A DNA stretch of 58,477 nucleotides, from contig MFKY01000048.1 of NCBI GenBank assembly GCA_001781175.1, forward strand, positions 1 to 58,477, read 5' to 3'. The number at the start of each line of letters is the position of its first letter. Positions within the stretch are counted from its first letter, which is position 1. The notes beneath the pieces were generated by a model that saw only the letters and a list, made by a program, of their open reading frames with translations, did not search any database and was not told the origin of the DNA. The stretch comes from Candidatus Kaiserbacteria bacterium RIFCSPHIGHO2_01_FULL_55_37 (lineage in GTDB: Bacteria; Patescibacteriota; Minisyncoccia; Phycocordibacterales; UBA2100). Positions 10,401 to 18,521 of this stretch are shown piece after piece. The position numbers and the translations under genes were made by a program.

Positions 10401-13400
10401 GTTTTGGAGTTGCTGCAGGTGCAGCTTCAGCGGACGGGGCCTCAGCGAACCGTCCCGTCTTCGGATCTCTCCAGCTGCCGGCGTTGGCATCCCATACCGG
10501 ACTTTCTGAAATGGGAGCCGGGCGGGCGGCTGCGACATCCTTCCCTGCCGCCCGCAGACCAACCTCGCTCGCATCCAACCCCGAAACAGCCCCGGCTCTA
10601 GCGCCGGTCACTCCCCCGCCGAGAGCATCTCCGCCCGCTGCGGCAACTCCCGATTCGGTTCCAGCCGCTAATCTGGCCTCACTTGCAAGCATGCCGATCG
10701 CGCGACCAGCTCCCGGAGCTCCCACTTCAAGCCAAATCATCGCAATGTTTCCAGCCCTGTCCGCGGCCGTCGACGGGTTGACATAGTTTTCTACTTGCTC
10801 CTTTTGCGTCAAATCTGTCCATCCTTGAAGCGCGAGCTCCACTCTGGAGCGGTCTACCAGGTCCGTTGCCCAGAACGCGCCAAATTGGCCGATGACCGAA
10901 GCCCGCGGCTGAGCTTGTTCATAAGCGGCTCGAAGCTCAGGCGACAGCGCATTGACGTCAACCGCACTACTCAACAAGGATTTCACATTGAACGCTCCCT
11001 TGATGAACTCCGAAGTGACACGCATCCCTTTTGCCAGGTAGCCTTCTTGACCGTCGGCCAACGCTTTTAACTCCGGGGTCATGTTGCCCTTCGCGACATT
11101 CGATATATCGTCTGCAATTTTATCTCTTTTTGCGGTTGCAGCATCAAGGCGGGCCTGCGCATCATCCGTTAGGTCCTTTTGCGTCAGGCCCGATGCCATA
11201 TCGATTACCGCGCTCTGATCTGCGCTTCTTGCGACCACAAGATCCTGCCTTGCCCTGTCCACTTCAAGGTCCGCTGTTTTCAAATTGCTTTCCAGGTGCG
11301 TTTTGAGATAGACAGCGCCAAGGTCAGGTGATTTATCATTTTGATCAATGTAACTTCGCAGCTCGTTATCGGCGTTACTCTTCGCATCGAGAGCTGTTTT
11401 GTAGTCGCTGATAGAGCTGCGCGCACTGTTGTTTAGCTCGGTGAACTTGTCGGTGTCTTCTTTACTCCCAAATCTATACTTCGTGATACCGTCCTTGTCG
11501 GTCGATACGTCGACTGCCCTGTTGTTGATGAAATCATTGCGCAGTTCCACGTCGTAACTGGCCTTTTTCTCGCTTTCTGAGAGAGCCCGGGCGGCTGCGT
11601 TTTGCCTGTCTTTCAAGTATTGCTCGTTGCTCGCAATAATCTTATTTTCCTCGAGCGCTTTCTGTTTGTCATATTCTTCAATAGCCACGCGTCTCTCGGC
11701 GTCGTTCGCGGCGATATCGACATTGTTGCGTGCCTCTTCAAGTTTCCTCGCCTGTTCAGCTTCGGCCGCTTTTTGATTGTCGTACTCAACGAGGGCCGCG
11801 CGTCTCTCGGCGTCGTTCGCGGCATTGTCAATATTGTTACGTGCGGCTTCGTCCGCCGCCGCTTTTTGTTTGTCATATTCGGCAAGTGCGGCAATTCGCT
11901 CGGTGTCGTTCGCGGCATTGTCAACGTTGTTTCGCGCCGCTTCGTCCAAAGCCGCCTGCTTGTCCGCCTCGTCGTACACCCTCTGCTCGTTGTCTATAAG
12001 GACGGCGAGGTCCGCGTCCCGTTTTTGCTGATCTATGACGGCTTGGTCGTCACGCTTGGCCTGTTCCCAGGCGTCGGCATTGTCGCCGGAGAGATAGTCG
12101 TTACTTGCGAAATTTTCGTTTCGCGCAACCTCGGCCCACGCGGTGTCGTTGTTGTTTGAAAAGAAATTGTTCGTGGCCAATTTATCATCGCGCGAGACTT
12201 CATCCCACGCGGCAGCGTTGTCACCAGATAAGAGATTATTGCTCGCGAGATTTTCAGTGCGAGCGACTTCGGCCCACTCGGCAAAGTTGTCGGCGGAGAG
12301 GATATCCGGCACTTTGGCCGCAGGTGAAACATCGGCGGCTAAGCTACCGGACAACCCGCCGGATAACCCGGCGCTCGTATTTACCGTCAGGTCCTGCCGG
12401 GAATACTCCGGCTGGTTCATTCGAAGCGCGTCATTCGAGGGATATTCGAGTGCGAGGCCGGATAACCCCGCGTCATTAAACATTTGCTGCCGCACCGCCT
12501 CGTCGTTGAGTTTGACCTCATTCCACGCGGCAGTGTTATCGTCGTTAAAATAGTTGTAAGCGGCCAGATTGTCGAATCCGGACGCTCCTCCCGGACCGTA
12601 TGAGTACGAGCCGCCGACAAGCGGATTGTCCTGCGGAAGCGGCACTTGGGAGACGGCCAAGGAGTCGCCCTGAAAACCGTAATTCTGCGCGACTGCCTGA
12701 TATGCGCCGATTATTTCCCGCGACGGCATTACGTCGGTCGCGCGTACGCTATGCTCGAGAAAGGCTTTCTCGTTGAATAAGTTGACTATTTGCGTTTCGT
12801 TGCCGAGATCAAGCCTGGTGTTTGGCGAGATGCCGAGCTTATCCGAAAGATAATTCACCATGCCCCTCGTGTCATTGCCATCATTGGACGGCGAAAGCCT
12901 GTTCATCAGCTTGTTGAGCGTATCGTCGCCACGATCAACCCATTTGGCAATATTATTTATGTCCGCCTTGGCCCCCTCCTCCGGCGTCGAGAACGATTGA
13001 TATCCGCTGCATATGCCGCCGCTGCAACTTTTCATGTTGCCGAAATTCCAATTCGACTCAAGCTTCCGGGCCTTCGCTTCTTCAAGTTCGCTGGGATTGA
13101 ACAACGTGCTCACCTTTTCTCTCATACAGCTCATCCAGCCGTCGCATGTCGGCGTTCCTGTAAGTTGCATTTGTTCCTTGTTTTCCGTAAACGTCGAATC
13201 CGCACCGATAAACGAATCCGTCTGCGGACCGACGGTCTGCGGAATCTCATTTCCGAAGTCGTCGTATTTCGTCGGCTGGAGCTGGAACGTATCTTGATTC
13301 GGATTTAGCGGCGCGGGCGAGAAGAAGTCGCGGATTTTGTCTATAACCCCGGGCTGCGTGTCGGCTCGTTTTAGTACCTCACCCACGGAATTTGCCGAGG

Positions 13401-13911
13401 GGGGGGGAGTATCCTTTTGTTCGGCGAGCGGCGTCGGATTGAAGAGCGCCTGATCCACCAACGACTGGTTCGTACCCGGCGGTATGGGATTCTGCGGCAG
13501 CCCGCCGCTTACGTCCCCCCTATCGGAAAGCGAAGGTGGCGGTACGACCGCCGGCGGTGGTGTATCTCCGTACACGGCCTTTTTGACATCCTCGACTTTA
13601 ATCGGCGGCAAGGCACAGGGCTTGTCGTCGCAGAGATCCGCTTTGCAGTTTTTCGGTCCCTCACAGTGTCCTTTGGCTGCGACATCTTTATTCTCAAGAG
13701 AGATGCATGTCTTGCCGTACAAATTTGGTTTGCCATCGATGACCTTTCCACCGCCCTTAACGTATACATAAAAGCTCTGCGACGGACAGTCGAGATTGCC
13801 GTCGGAATTACCCTCCGCATCGACTGGTGCCGCATATACAGTCGTCGAAAAAGCGAACAGGAGCAAGGCGCACAGAGGTACGAGAAAAATTACCCGCAGG
13901 GCGGTCGGCAT
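7483..13911 (-). CDS. Giant repetitive surface protein (~2140 aa)
   Basis: The ORF opens at GTG 13953, but its first 14 codons overlap the groEL terminator hairpin. Met at 13911 precedes the anchor PTALRVIFLVPLCALLLFAFSTTVYA. Contents: six-Cys module, SLT-like motif, several tandem repeat families, Pro-rich spacers, a second TM helix (MWGVVGGLTAWVYF, ~8150-8215), a PT linker and a C-terminal Ig-like domain (7483-7740). Confidence 0.85.
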   Translation of the reverse strand: MPTALRVIFLVPLCALLLFAFSTTVYAAPVDAEGNSDGNLDCPSQSFYVYVKGGGKVIDGKPNLYGKTCISLENKDVAAKGHCEGPKNCKADLCDDKPCALPPIKVEDVKKAVYGDTPPPAVVPPPSLSDRGDVSGGLPQNPIPPGTNQSLVDQALFNPTPLAEQKDTPPPSANSVGEVLKRADTQPGVIDKIRDFFSPAPLNPNQDTFQLQPTKYDDFGNEIPQTVGPQTDSFIGADSTFTENKEQMQLTGTPTCDGWMSCMREKVSTLFNPSELEEAKARKLESNWNFGNMKSCSGGICSGYQSFSTPEEGAKADINNIAKWVDRGDDTLNKLMNRLSPSNDGNDTRGMVNYLSDKLGISPNTRLDLGNETQIVNLFNEKAFLEHSVRATDVMPSREIIGAYQAVAQNYGFQGDSLAVSQVPLPQDNPLVGGSYSYGPGGASGFDNLAAYNYFNDDNTAAWNEVKLNDEAVRQQMFNDAGLSGLALEYPSNDALRMNQPEYSRQDLTVNTSAGLSGGLSGSLAADVSPAAKVPDILSADNFAEWAEVARTENLASNNLLSGDNAAAWDEVSRDDKLATNNFFSNNNDTAWAEVARNENFASNDYLSGDNADAWEQAKRDDQAVIDQQKRDADLAVLIDNEQRVYDEADKQAALDEAARNNVDNAANDTERIAALAEYDKQKAAADEAARNNIDNAANDAERRAALVEYDNQKAAEAEQARKLEEARNNVDIAANDAERRVAIEEYDKQKALEENKIIASNEQYLKDRQNAAARALSESEKKASYDVELRNDFINNRAVDVSTDKDGITKYRFGSKEDTDKFTELNNSARSSISDYKTALDAKSNADNELRSYIDQNDKSPDLGAVYLKTHLESNLKTADLEVDRARQDLVVARSADQSAVIDMASGLTQKDLTDDAQARLDAATAKRDKIADDISNVAKGNMTPELKALADGQEGYLAKGMRVTSEFIKGAFNVKSLLSSAVDVNALSPELRAAYEQAQPRASVIGQFGAFWATDLVDRSRVELALQGWTDLTQKEQVENYVNPSTAADRAGNIAMIWLEVGAPGAGRAIGMLASEARLAAGTESGVAAAGGDALGGGVTGARAGAVSGLDASEVGLRAAGKDVAAARPAPISESPVWDANAGSWRDPKTGRFAEAPSAEAAPAATPKPVEPVRIPTEAELDRAAVERMAGEGPTPVKTPAAEPVAPKAVEPAAPAPEVASAAEKPWYQRLRESIFGKSETPPAAVEVPRPVEPAPRISEPVRAPTQAELDQAAVERMAGEGPTPVKTLASAPESTIGRSYPVSSDSPVRSVAAVPLDDAIATKTLTNGQPDTVTLYRGINQKYDPNFAGPDPFFTPDKNEAVRYALRNGGSEQEIVAIQVDKNALRDLQAYRELEGASGGRPPGFGEQTNGYVQVPQDWIAPGTKTPSLTAEIEGAGSRLQQITKGYNDEANAAISARGAAGQRVEFDYKAAGGDWSKLSSAEKRALIESNPDYIAAQQRVDIVAANEKQAVKKLAKEYFPPAPTDVVPAAEKSWLGKKWEDLKSSFGYGENPPVVETPKAAVAPETVPAPKVDAPAPRVEPAPPEIAPTPKPAEAPAARAEPAPVETIPPAPAAESKSWWQWTKERLGLSEKPPVAEPPAAAETPKAAVVPESAPAPKVDAPAPRVEPAPAEVAPAPKAVEPVPPTPELATAPEKSWWQGMKERLGFSEKPPAQAPLTQAERDALVAGDQGPVVERAAAAPRSAEPPAPKAEPAPAETTPPARAATEPAPIEPVKRGSGDVSRPNAEITMGDEGPVALRSGAENPSGKVWNDRTLTRDEFIADYKAVYPKTSLTDAQLAERYAAGKRLNPQTGQLKVPETPAPAAATTPAGTPAAPAVAGTPSLLSRAASWVGDNKKITMWGVVGGLTAWVYFTPPLVRAPLDSLPPENKAPAAPVPPVVEPPAKTEVPPPVVRKEVLPPVTRRDVVQTGYPDNRNGGSGDFCISSVNPVVVIPNVKPGPGCYNNPGQNSAWRTFPPMPPPPPPSTPSPTPTPTPTPTQLPVSPKPTPTPTSTPPVLQPYATLIANPSTVLPGGKSRLIWSSVNTSGCELFAPGSVSMATTTRGSTSTLPLATTTQFTLNCSATSGATTSAQTTVTVH

Positions 13912-13924
13912 ACGTACATCATAA

Positions 13925-13955
13925 CAGTGCGACCCGCCGTTGGCGGGTCGCACTG
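13925..13955 (-). terminator. groESL operon terminator hairpin
   Basis: Perfect 14-bp stem CAGTGCGACCCGCC / GGCGGGTCGCACTG with a 3-nt loop, downstream of groEL. The U-tract is weak. Confidence 0.55.
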
Positions 13956-14087
13956 TGGATGTCTTTCAAAATTTCAACCTCTAGTGAGGTGTGGCCCCTG
14001 GCCCGCACAAGCTTGTGCGTGCCTGACCCGCCTCGTATCTGCCTCCGGCAGACACTCGGCCCCTGCGGGCGCCCTCTTCGGGCGGGG

Positions 14088-15734
14088 TCACATTTCCTCC
14101 ATCCCACCCGGCATTCCGCCGGGTGTGGCCTTCTTTTCTTCAGGAATATCGGCAACGGCCGCTTCGGTCGTGAGGAGCACGGCAGCCGCAGATGCGGCAT
14201 TTTCTACACAGCTTCTTGTGACTTTTACCGGGTCGAGTATGCCCGCTTCGTACATATCTACGATAGATGCCTCGTCTGATTCAGCAGAGGCGTTGAATCC
14301 GAACGCGGGCCCTTTGTGAACGACATCCCTAAGGACGACCGCAGCATCTTCGCGTCCGGCGTTCTTGGCAATTTGCAAGAGTGGTGCTGAAAGCGCAGTA
14401 AGAAGAATTCTGTAACCAACAGTGTATTCATCGTGTGCTTTCGCATCAATTTTCTTTCCCAATTTCTCACCGACTTTCGCAAGAGCCGCGCCGCCGCCCG
14501 GCACGATACCTTCGGCGATAGCAGCCTTGGTCGCATTGACCGCATCTTCAATTTTGTCCTTGAGATATTTCATCTCGGTCTCCGTCGCAGCGCCGACGCG
14601 AATGACCGCGACGCCGCCCGAGAGTTTCGCGATGCGTTCATCCAATTTCTCTTTGTCGAATTTCGAATCCGTATTTTCAGCCTGTTTGCGCAGCTGTGAA
14701 ATGCGCGCCTCGATTTCAGAACGCTTCCCCTTGCCTCCGACGATGATGGTCGAATCTTTCGTCGCGACCACGCGATTCGCACGACCGAGCATCGTTACTT
14801 CGGCCTTCTCGAGCGAAATGCCTAGGTCCTCTGTGATTACCTGACCGCCGACCGTGATGGCGATGTCCGCGAGCATCTCTTTTTTGCGGTCGCCGTAGCC
14901 CGGCGCTTTGACCGCGAGCACGTTGAATACGCCCTTCAATTTGTTGACGACGAACGTCGCAAGCGCCTCCCCGTCCACATCGTCCGCAATGATGACGAGG
15001 TCCCTCTTACCGCTTTGCGCCAGCTTCTCGAGCAACGGCAAAATGTCTTTGACCGTTGATATTTTTTTATCAGTGATGAGGATAGAGACATCTTTTGCTT
15101 CAGCTTCCATGCGCTCCGCGTTCGTTATCATGTAGGCGGAGACGTAGCCCTTGTCAAATTCCATGCCGTCCACGAAGTCAGAATCGATGCCGAATGACTG
15201 CGACTCCTCCACAGTGACGACGCCATCTTTGCCAACCTTCTCCACCGTATCCGCGATTATTTTGCCGAGCTCTTCCGATTCCGCGGAAATAGTCGCCACT
15301 TGGCGGATATCGTTCTTCCCCTTCACCTCGCGCGCCATTTTCTTTAATTCATCAACAGCGTCTTTGGCGGCCGCTTCGATGCCGCGGCGCACCATCATCG
15401 CGTTGGCGCCGAGCGCCGTGCGTTTCAAGCCCTCATGAATAATGGCCTGCGTGAGCACGACCGCCGTCGTCGTGCCGTCCCCCGCTTTGTCGTTGGTCTT
15501 GGTGGCGACTTCTTTCACAATGCTCGCTCCCATGTTCTCGAATTTGTCCGCGAGTGTTATCTCTTTGGCGATGGAAACGCCGTCGTTGGTAATGGTCGGC
15601 CCGCCCCATGATTTGTCGAGGGCGACGTTGCGGCCTTTCGGTCCGAGCGTGACTTTGACCGCCGCCGCGACGATGTCTACTCCGCGCTTCAGAGCGCTGC
15701 GTACTGCTTCATCGAATATTACCTGCTTAGCCAT
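14088..15734 (-). CDS. groEL: Chaperonin GroEL (Cpn60)
   Basis: 548 aa: MAKQVIFDE...AGDGTTTA...ends [10 protein letters not shown]. Full-length and unmistakable. Confidence 0.97.
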   Translation of the reverse strand: MAKQVIFDEAVRSALKRGVDIVAAAVKVTLGPKGRNVALDKSWGGPTITNDGVSIAKEITLADKFENMGASIVKEVATKTNDKAGDGTTTAVVLTQAIIHEGLKRTALGANAMMVRRGIEAAAKDAVDELKKMAREVKGKNDIRQVATISAESEELGKIIADTVEKVGKDGVVTVEESQSFGIDSDFVDGMEFDKGYVSAYMITNAERMEAEAKDVSILITDKKISTVKDILPLLEKLAQSGKRDLVIIADDVDGEALATFVVNKLKGVFNVLAVKAPGYGDRKKEMLADIAITVGGQVITEDLGISLEKAEVTMLGRANRVVATKDSTIIVGGKGKRSEIEARISQLRKQAENTDSKFDKEKLDERIAKLSGGVAVIRVGAATETEMKYLKDKIEDAVNATKAAIAEGIVPGGGAALAKVGEKLGKKIDAKAHDEYTVGYRILLTALSAPLLQIAKNAGREDAAVVLRDVVHKGPAFGFNASAESDEASIVDMYEAGILDPVKVTRSCVENAASAAAVLLTTEAAVADIPEEKKATPGGMPGGMEEM

Positions 15735-15741
15735 ATGACTT

Positions 15742-15782
15742 TTTGAATTTTCTACCAGCTACCAGCTACCAGCTGCAAGCTA
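15742..15782. repeat. 41-nt element: TTTGAATTT + four tandem CTAC(C/A)AG-type heptamers
   Basis: TTTGAATTT T CTACCAG CTACCAG CTACCAG CTGCAAG CTA fills the groES-groEL spacer, and its final CTA is the groES stop codon. 33 of 41 positions are identical to 31402-31442. Confidence 0.8.
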
Positions 15783-16097
15783 TTTAATAATCGCTTTGAC
15801 ATCGCTCTCGTGAATAAGGTGGAGTTTTTCGTCGTCCACTTCTATCTCGCTCTCCCAGCCGGGATTGAAATATACTTTTTGCCCGACCTTCAGCGACATC
15901 GGTAAAACCTTTCCGTCGTCGTTCATCCTGCCGGGACCGACGGCAAGCACCACGCCGCGCGTCGCTTTCTCTTGCTTGGCGGCGTCGGGAATGAGAATAC
16001 CCGATGCCGTTTTTTTCATCGCTTCCTCCGGACGCACCAACACCCGGTCGCCGAGAAGCTGCATGTTCATCTTTGATTCTTTCGCGACTTTTTTCAT
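15780..16097 (-). CDS. groES: Co-chaperonin GroES (Cpn10)
   Basis: LLGDRVLVRPEE...GILIPD...GVVLAVGPG. The true start may be the internal Met (MNMQLL) 9 codons downstream. Confidence 0.95.
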   Translation of the reverse strand: MKKVAKESKMNMQLLGDRVLVRPEEAMKKTASGILIPDAAKQEKATRGVVLAVGPGRMNDDGKVLPMSLKVGQKVYFNPGWESEIEVDDEKLHLIHESDVKAIIK

Positions 16098-16193
16098 ATC
16101 AAATGCTTCTTATTAATTATTTCTTATAACGTTCGCCTGGAGGGTCTGTCCCGTCGAGTGCTCAATATAGTTGAATGTCGTGCATGCGGCAAC

Positions 16194-16221
16194 TTGACAG
16201 TGCCCCGTGGGATGATATAAT
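16194..16221 (+). promoter_or_regulatory. Consensus sigma70-type promoter for secG
   Basis: TTGACA (16194-16199), a 16-nt spacer, then TATAAT (16216-16221), about 40 nt upstream of the secG ATG. Confidence 0.6.
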
Positions 16222-16261
16222 TAATTTGATTGTTTTAGAGAGCTGTGCTAGGCTCTTCGGG

Positions 16262-16495
16262 ATGGTTTGGCTCCAGACAGCACTGCCTTTTATACAGATA
16301 GGCCTCTCCGGCCTTCTTATCGTTGCTATTCTTTTGCAGCGCACAGGCGCATCGCTCGGCGGGGCATTCGGTGCGGACAACTTCTCGTCGGGTTTCCACA
16401 CGCGTCGTGGTTTGGAGCGGACCCTGTTCCATGTTACTATCGTCCTCGGTATCCTCTTCACACTCTCGGCACTCATCAATTTAATCATCAGCTAG
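16262..16495 (+). CDS. secG: Preprotein translocase subunit SecG
   Basis: Two-TM small protein with LLIVAILLQRTGASLGGAFG, the SecG hallmark. I chose the start at MVWLQ because it lies downstream of the promoter. Confidence 0.75.
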   Translation: MVWLQTALPFIQIGLSGLLIVAILLQRTGASLGGAFGADNFSSGFHTRRGLERTLFHVTIVLGILFTLSALINLIIS

Positions 16496-16553
16496 GCGCT
16501 AACGCGCATGTCCGCCGTTTCGGTGGGTACATACGTAGGAGCGCTACCATGCT

Positions 16554-18476
16554 ATGGATTCTGATTACGACTCCTATTCCGACAAAACTCAAGACGTAAA
16601 CCAGTCCGGTCCTCGGACTCCTCGGCTCGAAGGTACGAAAGCCGAGCTTTCGCACCTTACTCGCTCTACGTCGCCGGTAAAAAAGACACTCATCAAAGAG
16701 CGCTCTATCTGGCGCGTTTCGCTCTTGGAGGACCTTCTCCGGGCGCTCTCTCCGGGTGAACGGCTCGCCCTCTACGGTCTTACGGTCATTCTCGGGTTTT
16801 CTACCCTCGCACTTCTTGCGGGACTGAACTCCGCGGTCTCCGTCACGGTACCCGCTTCCGGCGGAGAGCTCATCGAAGGAGAGGTCGGCCCGGCGCGGTT
16901 CGTGAATCCGATTCTCACACTCTCGCAGCCCGATGAAGACCTTACACAGCTCGTCTACTCGGGCCTCACGCGCTCACTTTCGGGCGGCGTCGTCCCGGAC
17001 CTCGCGGAAAGCTACACGATCTCGGAGGACGGCACGACATACACCTTCAAGCTCCGTGAGAACGCAACCTTCCACGACGGCACGCCCGTCACGGCAGACG
17101 ATGTACTTTTCACGATAGCGGCAGCGCAGAATCCCGACATCAAGAGCCCGCGACGGGCCGATTGGGAGGGAGTCCGAGTATCCTCTCCAGACCCGCGCAC
17201 GGTGGTTTTTAAACTTTCGCACGCTTACGCGCCGTTCATCGAGAACACTTCGCTCGGCATTCTGCCGAAACGCGTCTGGCAAAATGTATCCGCTGAAGAA
17301 TTTCCTTTCAGTCCGGTCAACACACACCCGATCGGAAGCGGGCCGTACCGTATTGAGAGCGTGTCGACCGACAGTACCGGTTCGGCAACCCGCTACCAAC
17401 TCGTTCCGTTTTCGAAATTCGCACTCGGCAAGGCTTATCTCAAACGTATTACCTTCATTTTTTACCCCAACCGGGAATCGATACTCAAAGCATTCGAAGC
17501 CGGCCAGATAGACGCGATAGCGGGCATGACACCGTCGGATCTTTCCGCCGTGAAGCGGACGGACTTTAGTTTGGCCAACGTCGCATTGCCGCGGGTCTTC
17601 GGCGTCTTTTTCAACCAAAGTCGTGCTCCCGTTCTTGCCGACGCCTCCGTACGCGCGGCGCTTGAAGCGGCTGTCGACAAACGAAGTATTGTGGACGCGG
17701 TCCTCGGCGGATATGGTGCGGTTCTCGACGGACCCATTCCGCCCGGAGTTATCGGTACGACCGTACCGGCAACTCCGACTCTTTTCCGCAAACGAGAAAC
17801 TGGCGCGAATGCGACGAGCACTCCGGATAGCGCATCCGTTGACGCTGCGCGCTCCATCCTTGCGCGCGGCGGTTGGACGTTCGACGAGAAGGCCGGTGTG
17901 TGGAGCAAAAAGTCCTCCGGAGGAGGATCGGCCTCCGGCGGAAAGCTGACACTGTCCTTCGCACTGGCGACCGCCGACGAACCTGAGCTGGTCGCGACGG
18001 TAAACGCGCTTGCGGCGGCCTGGCGTGCCGCCGGAGTCGCGGTAACCGTGCAGGTGTACCCGCTTTCAGACCTGAATGTGAACGTCATCCGCCCGCGGCA
18101 GTACGACGCGATACTCTTCGGCGAAGTCGTCGGACGTACGGCAGACCTCTTCGCGTTCTGGCACTCTTCTCAGCGCAACGACCCGGGACTCAATCTTGCA
18201 CTCTATACGAATTTGCGGGCAGACTCGCTGCTCACGCAGGCGCGCGCGACGACCGACAAGGACGAGCGCGAGAAGCTCTATACGCAATTCTCAAGCACGG
18301 TCGCAAAGGACGACCCCGCGGTATTTTTGTATGCCCCCGATTTCATTTACGTAGTCCCCACGTCGGCCAGCGGCATAGAGCTCGGTGCTCTCACGACGCC
18401 GTCCGAGAGATTCCTGAACGTGTACCAGTGGTACACGGACACGGAAGAGGTCTGGAGTATTTTTTCGCGTAACTAA
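16554..18476 (+). CDS. ABC transporter substrate-binding protein, family 5 (peptide/nickel type), membrane-anchored
   Basis: N-terminal TM anchor followed by LVYSGLTR...DLAESYTISEDGTTYTFKLRENATFHDGTPVTADDV, which fits SBP_bac_5. Confidence 0.85.
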   Translation: MDSDYDSYSDKTQDVNQSGPRTPRLEGTKAELSHLTRSTSPVKKTLIKERSIWRVSLLEDLLRALSPGERLALYGLTVILGFSTLALLAGLNSAVSVTVPASGGELIEGEVGPARFVNPILTLSQPDEDLTQLVYSGLTRSLSGGVVPDLAESYTISEDGTTYTFKLRENATFHDGTPVTADDVLFTIAAAQNPDIKSPRRADWEGVRVSSPDPRTVVFKLSHAYAPFIENTSLGILPKRVWQNVSAEEFPFSPVNTHPIGSGPYRIESVSTDSTGSATRYQLVPFSKFALGKAYLKRITFIFYPNRESILKAFEAGQIDAIAGMTPSDLSAVKRTDFSLANVALPRVFGVFFNQSRAPVLADASVRAALEAAVDKRSIVDAVLGGYGAVLDGPIPPGVIGTTVPATPTLFRKRETGANATSTPDSASVDAARSILARGGWTFDEKAGVWSKKSSGGGSASGGKLTLSFALATADEPELVATVNALAAAWRAAGVAVTVQVYPLSDLNVNVIRPRQYDAILFGEVVGRTADLFAFWHSSQRNDPGLNLALYTNLRADSLLTQARATTDKDEREKLYTQFSSTVAKDDPAVFLYAPDFIYVVPTSASGIELGALTTPSERFLNVYQWYTDTEEVWSIFSRN

Positions 18477-18521
18477 TTTATCAGGTAATTACTAACCGTC
18501 CTCTAATCAGACACTCATTAT

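Noticed and set aside
8347-10786. Several 200-300-aa plus-strand ORFs inside the giant gene (8347-9048, 8798-9424, 9884-10786)
   Set aside because: They are antisense to Pro/Ala-rich repeats and give Gly/Ala/Ser/Arg low-complexity translations. The minus-strand 2156-codon frame is uninterrupted.
15752-15782. Heptamer repeats as a mini-CRISPR or simple microsatellite
   Set aside because: The units are contiguous with no spacers. They are too short for CRISPR. They form part of a 41-nt element shared with the metK leader, so I report them as a repeat element instead.
16156-16165. CIRCE operator upstream of groES
   Set aside because: Only one half-site-like GAGTGCTCAA is present. No matching TTAGCACTC half lies at 9-nt spacing.
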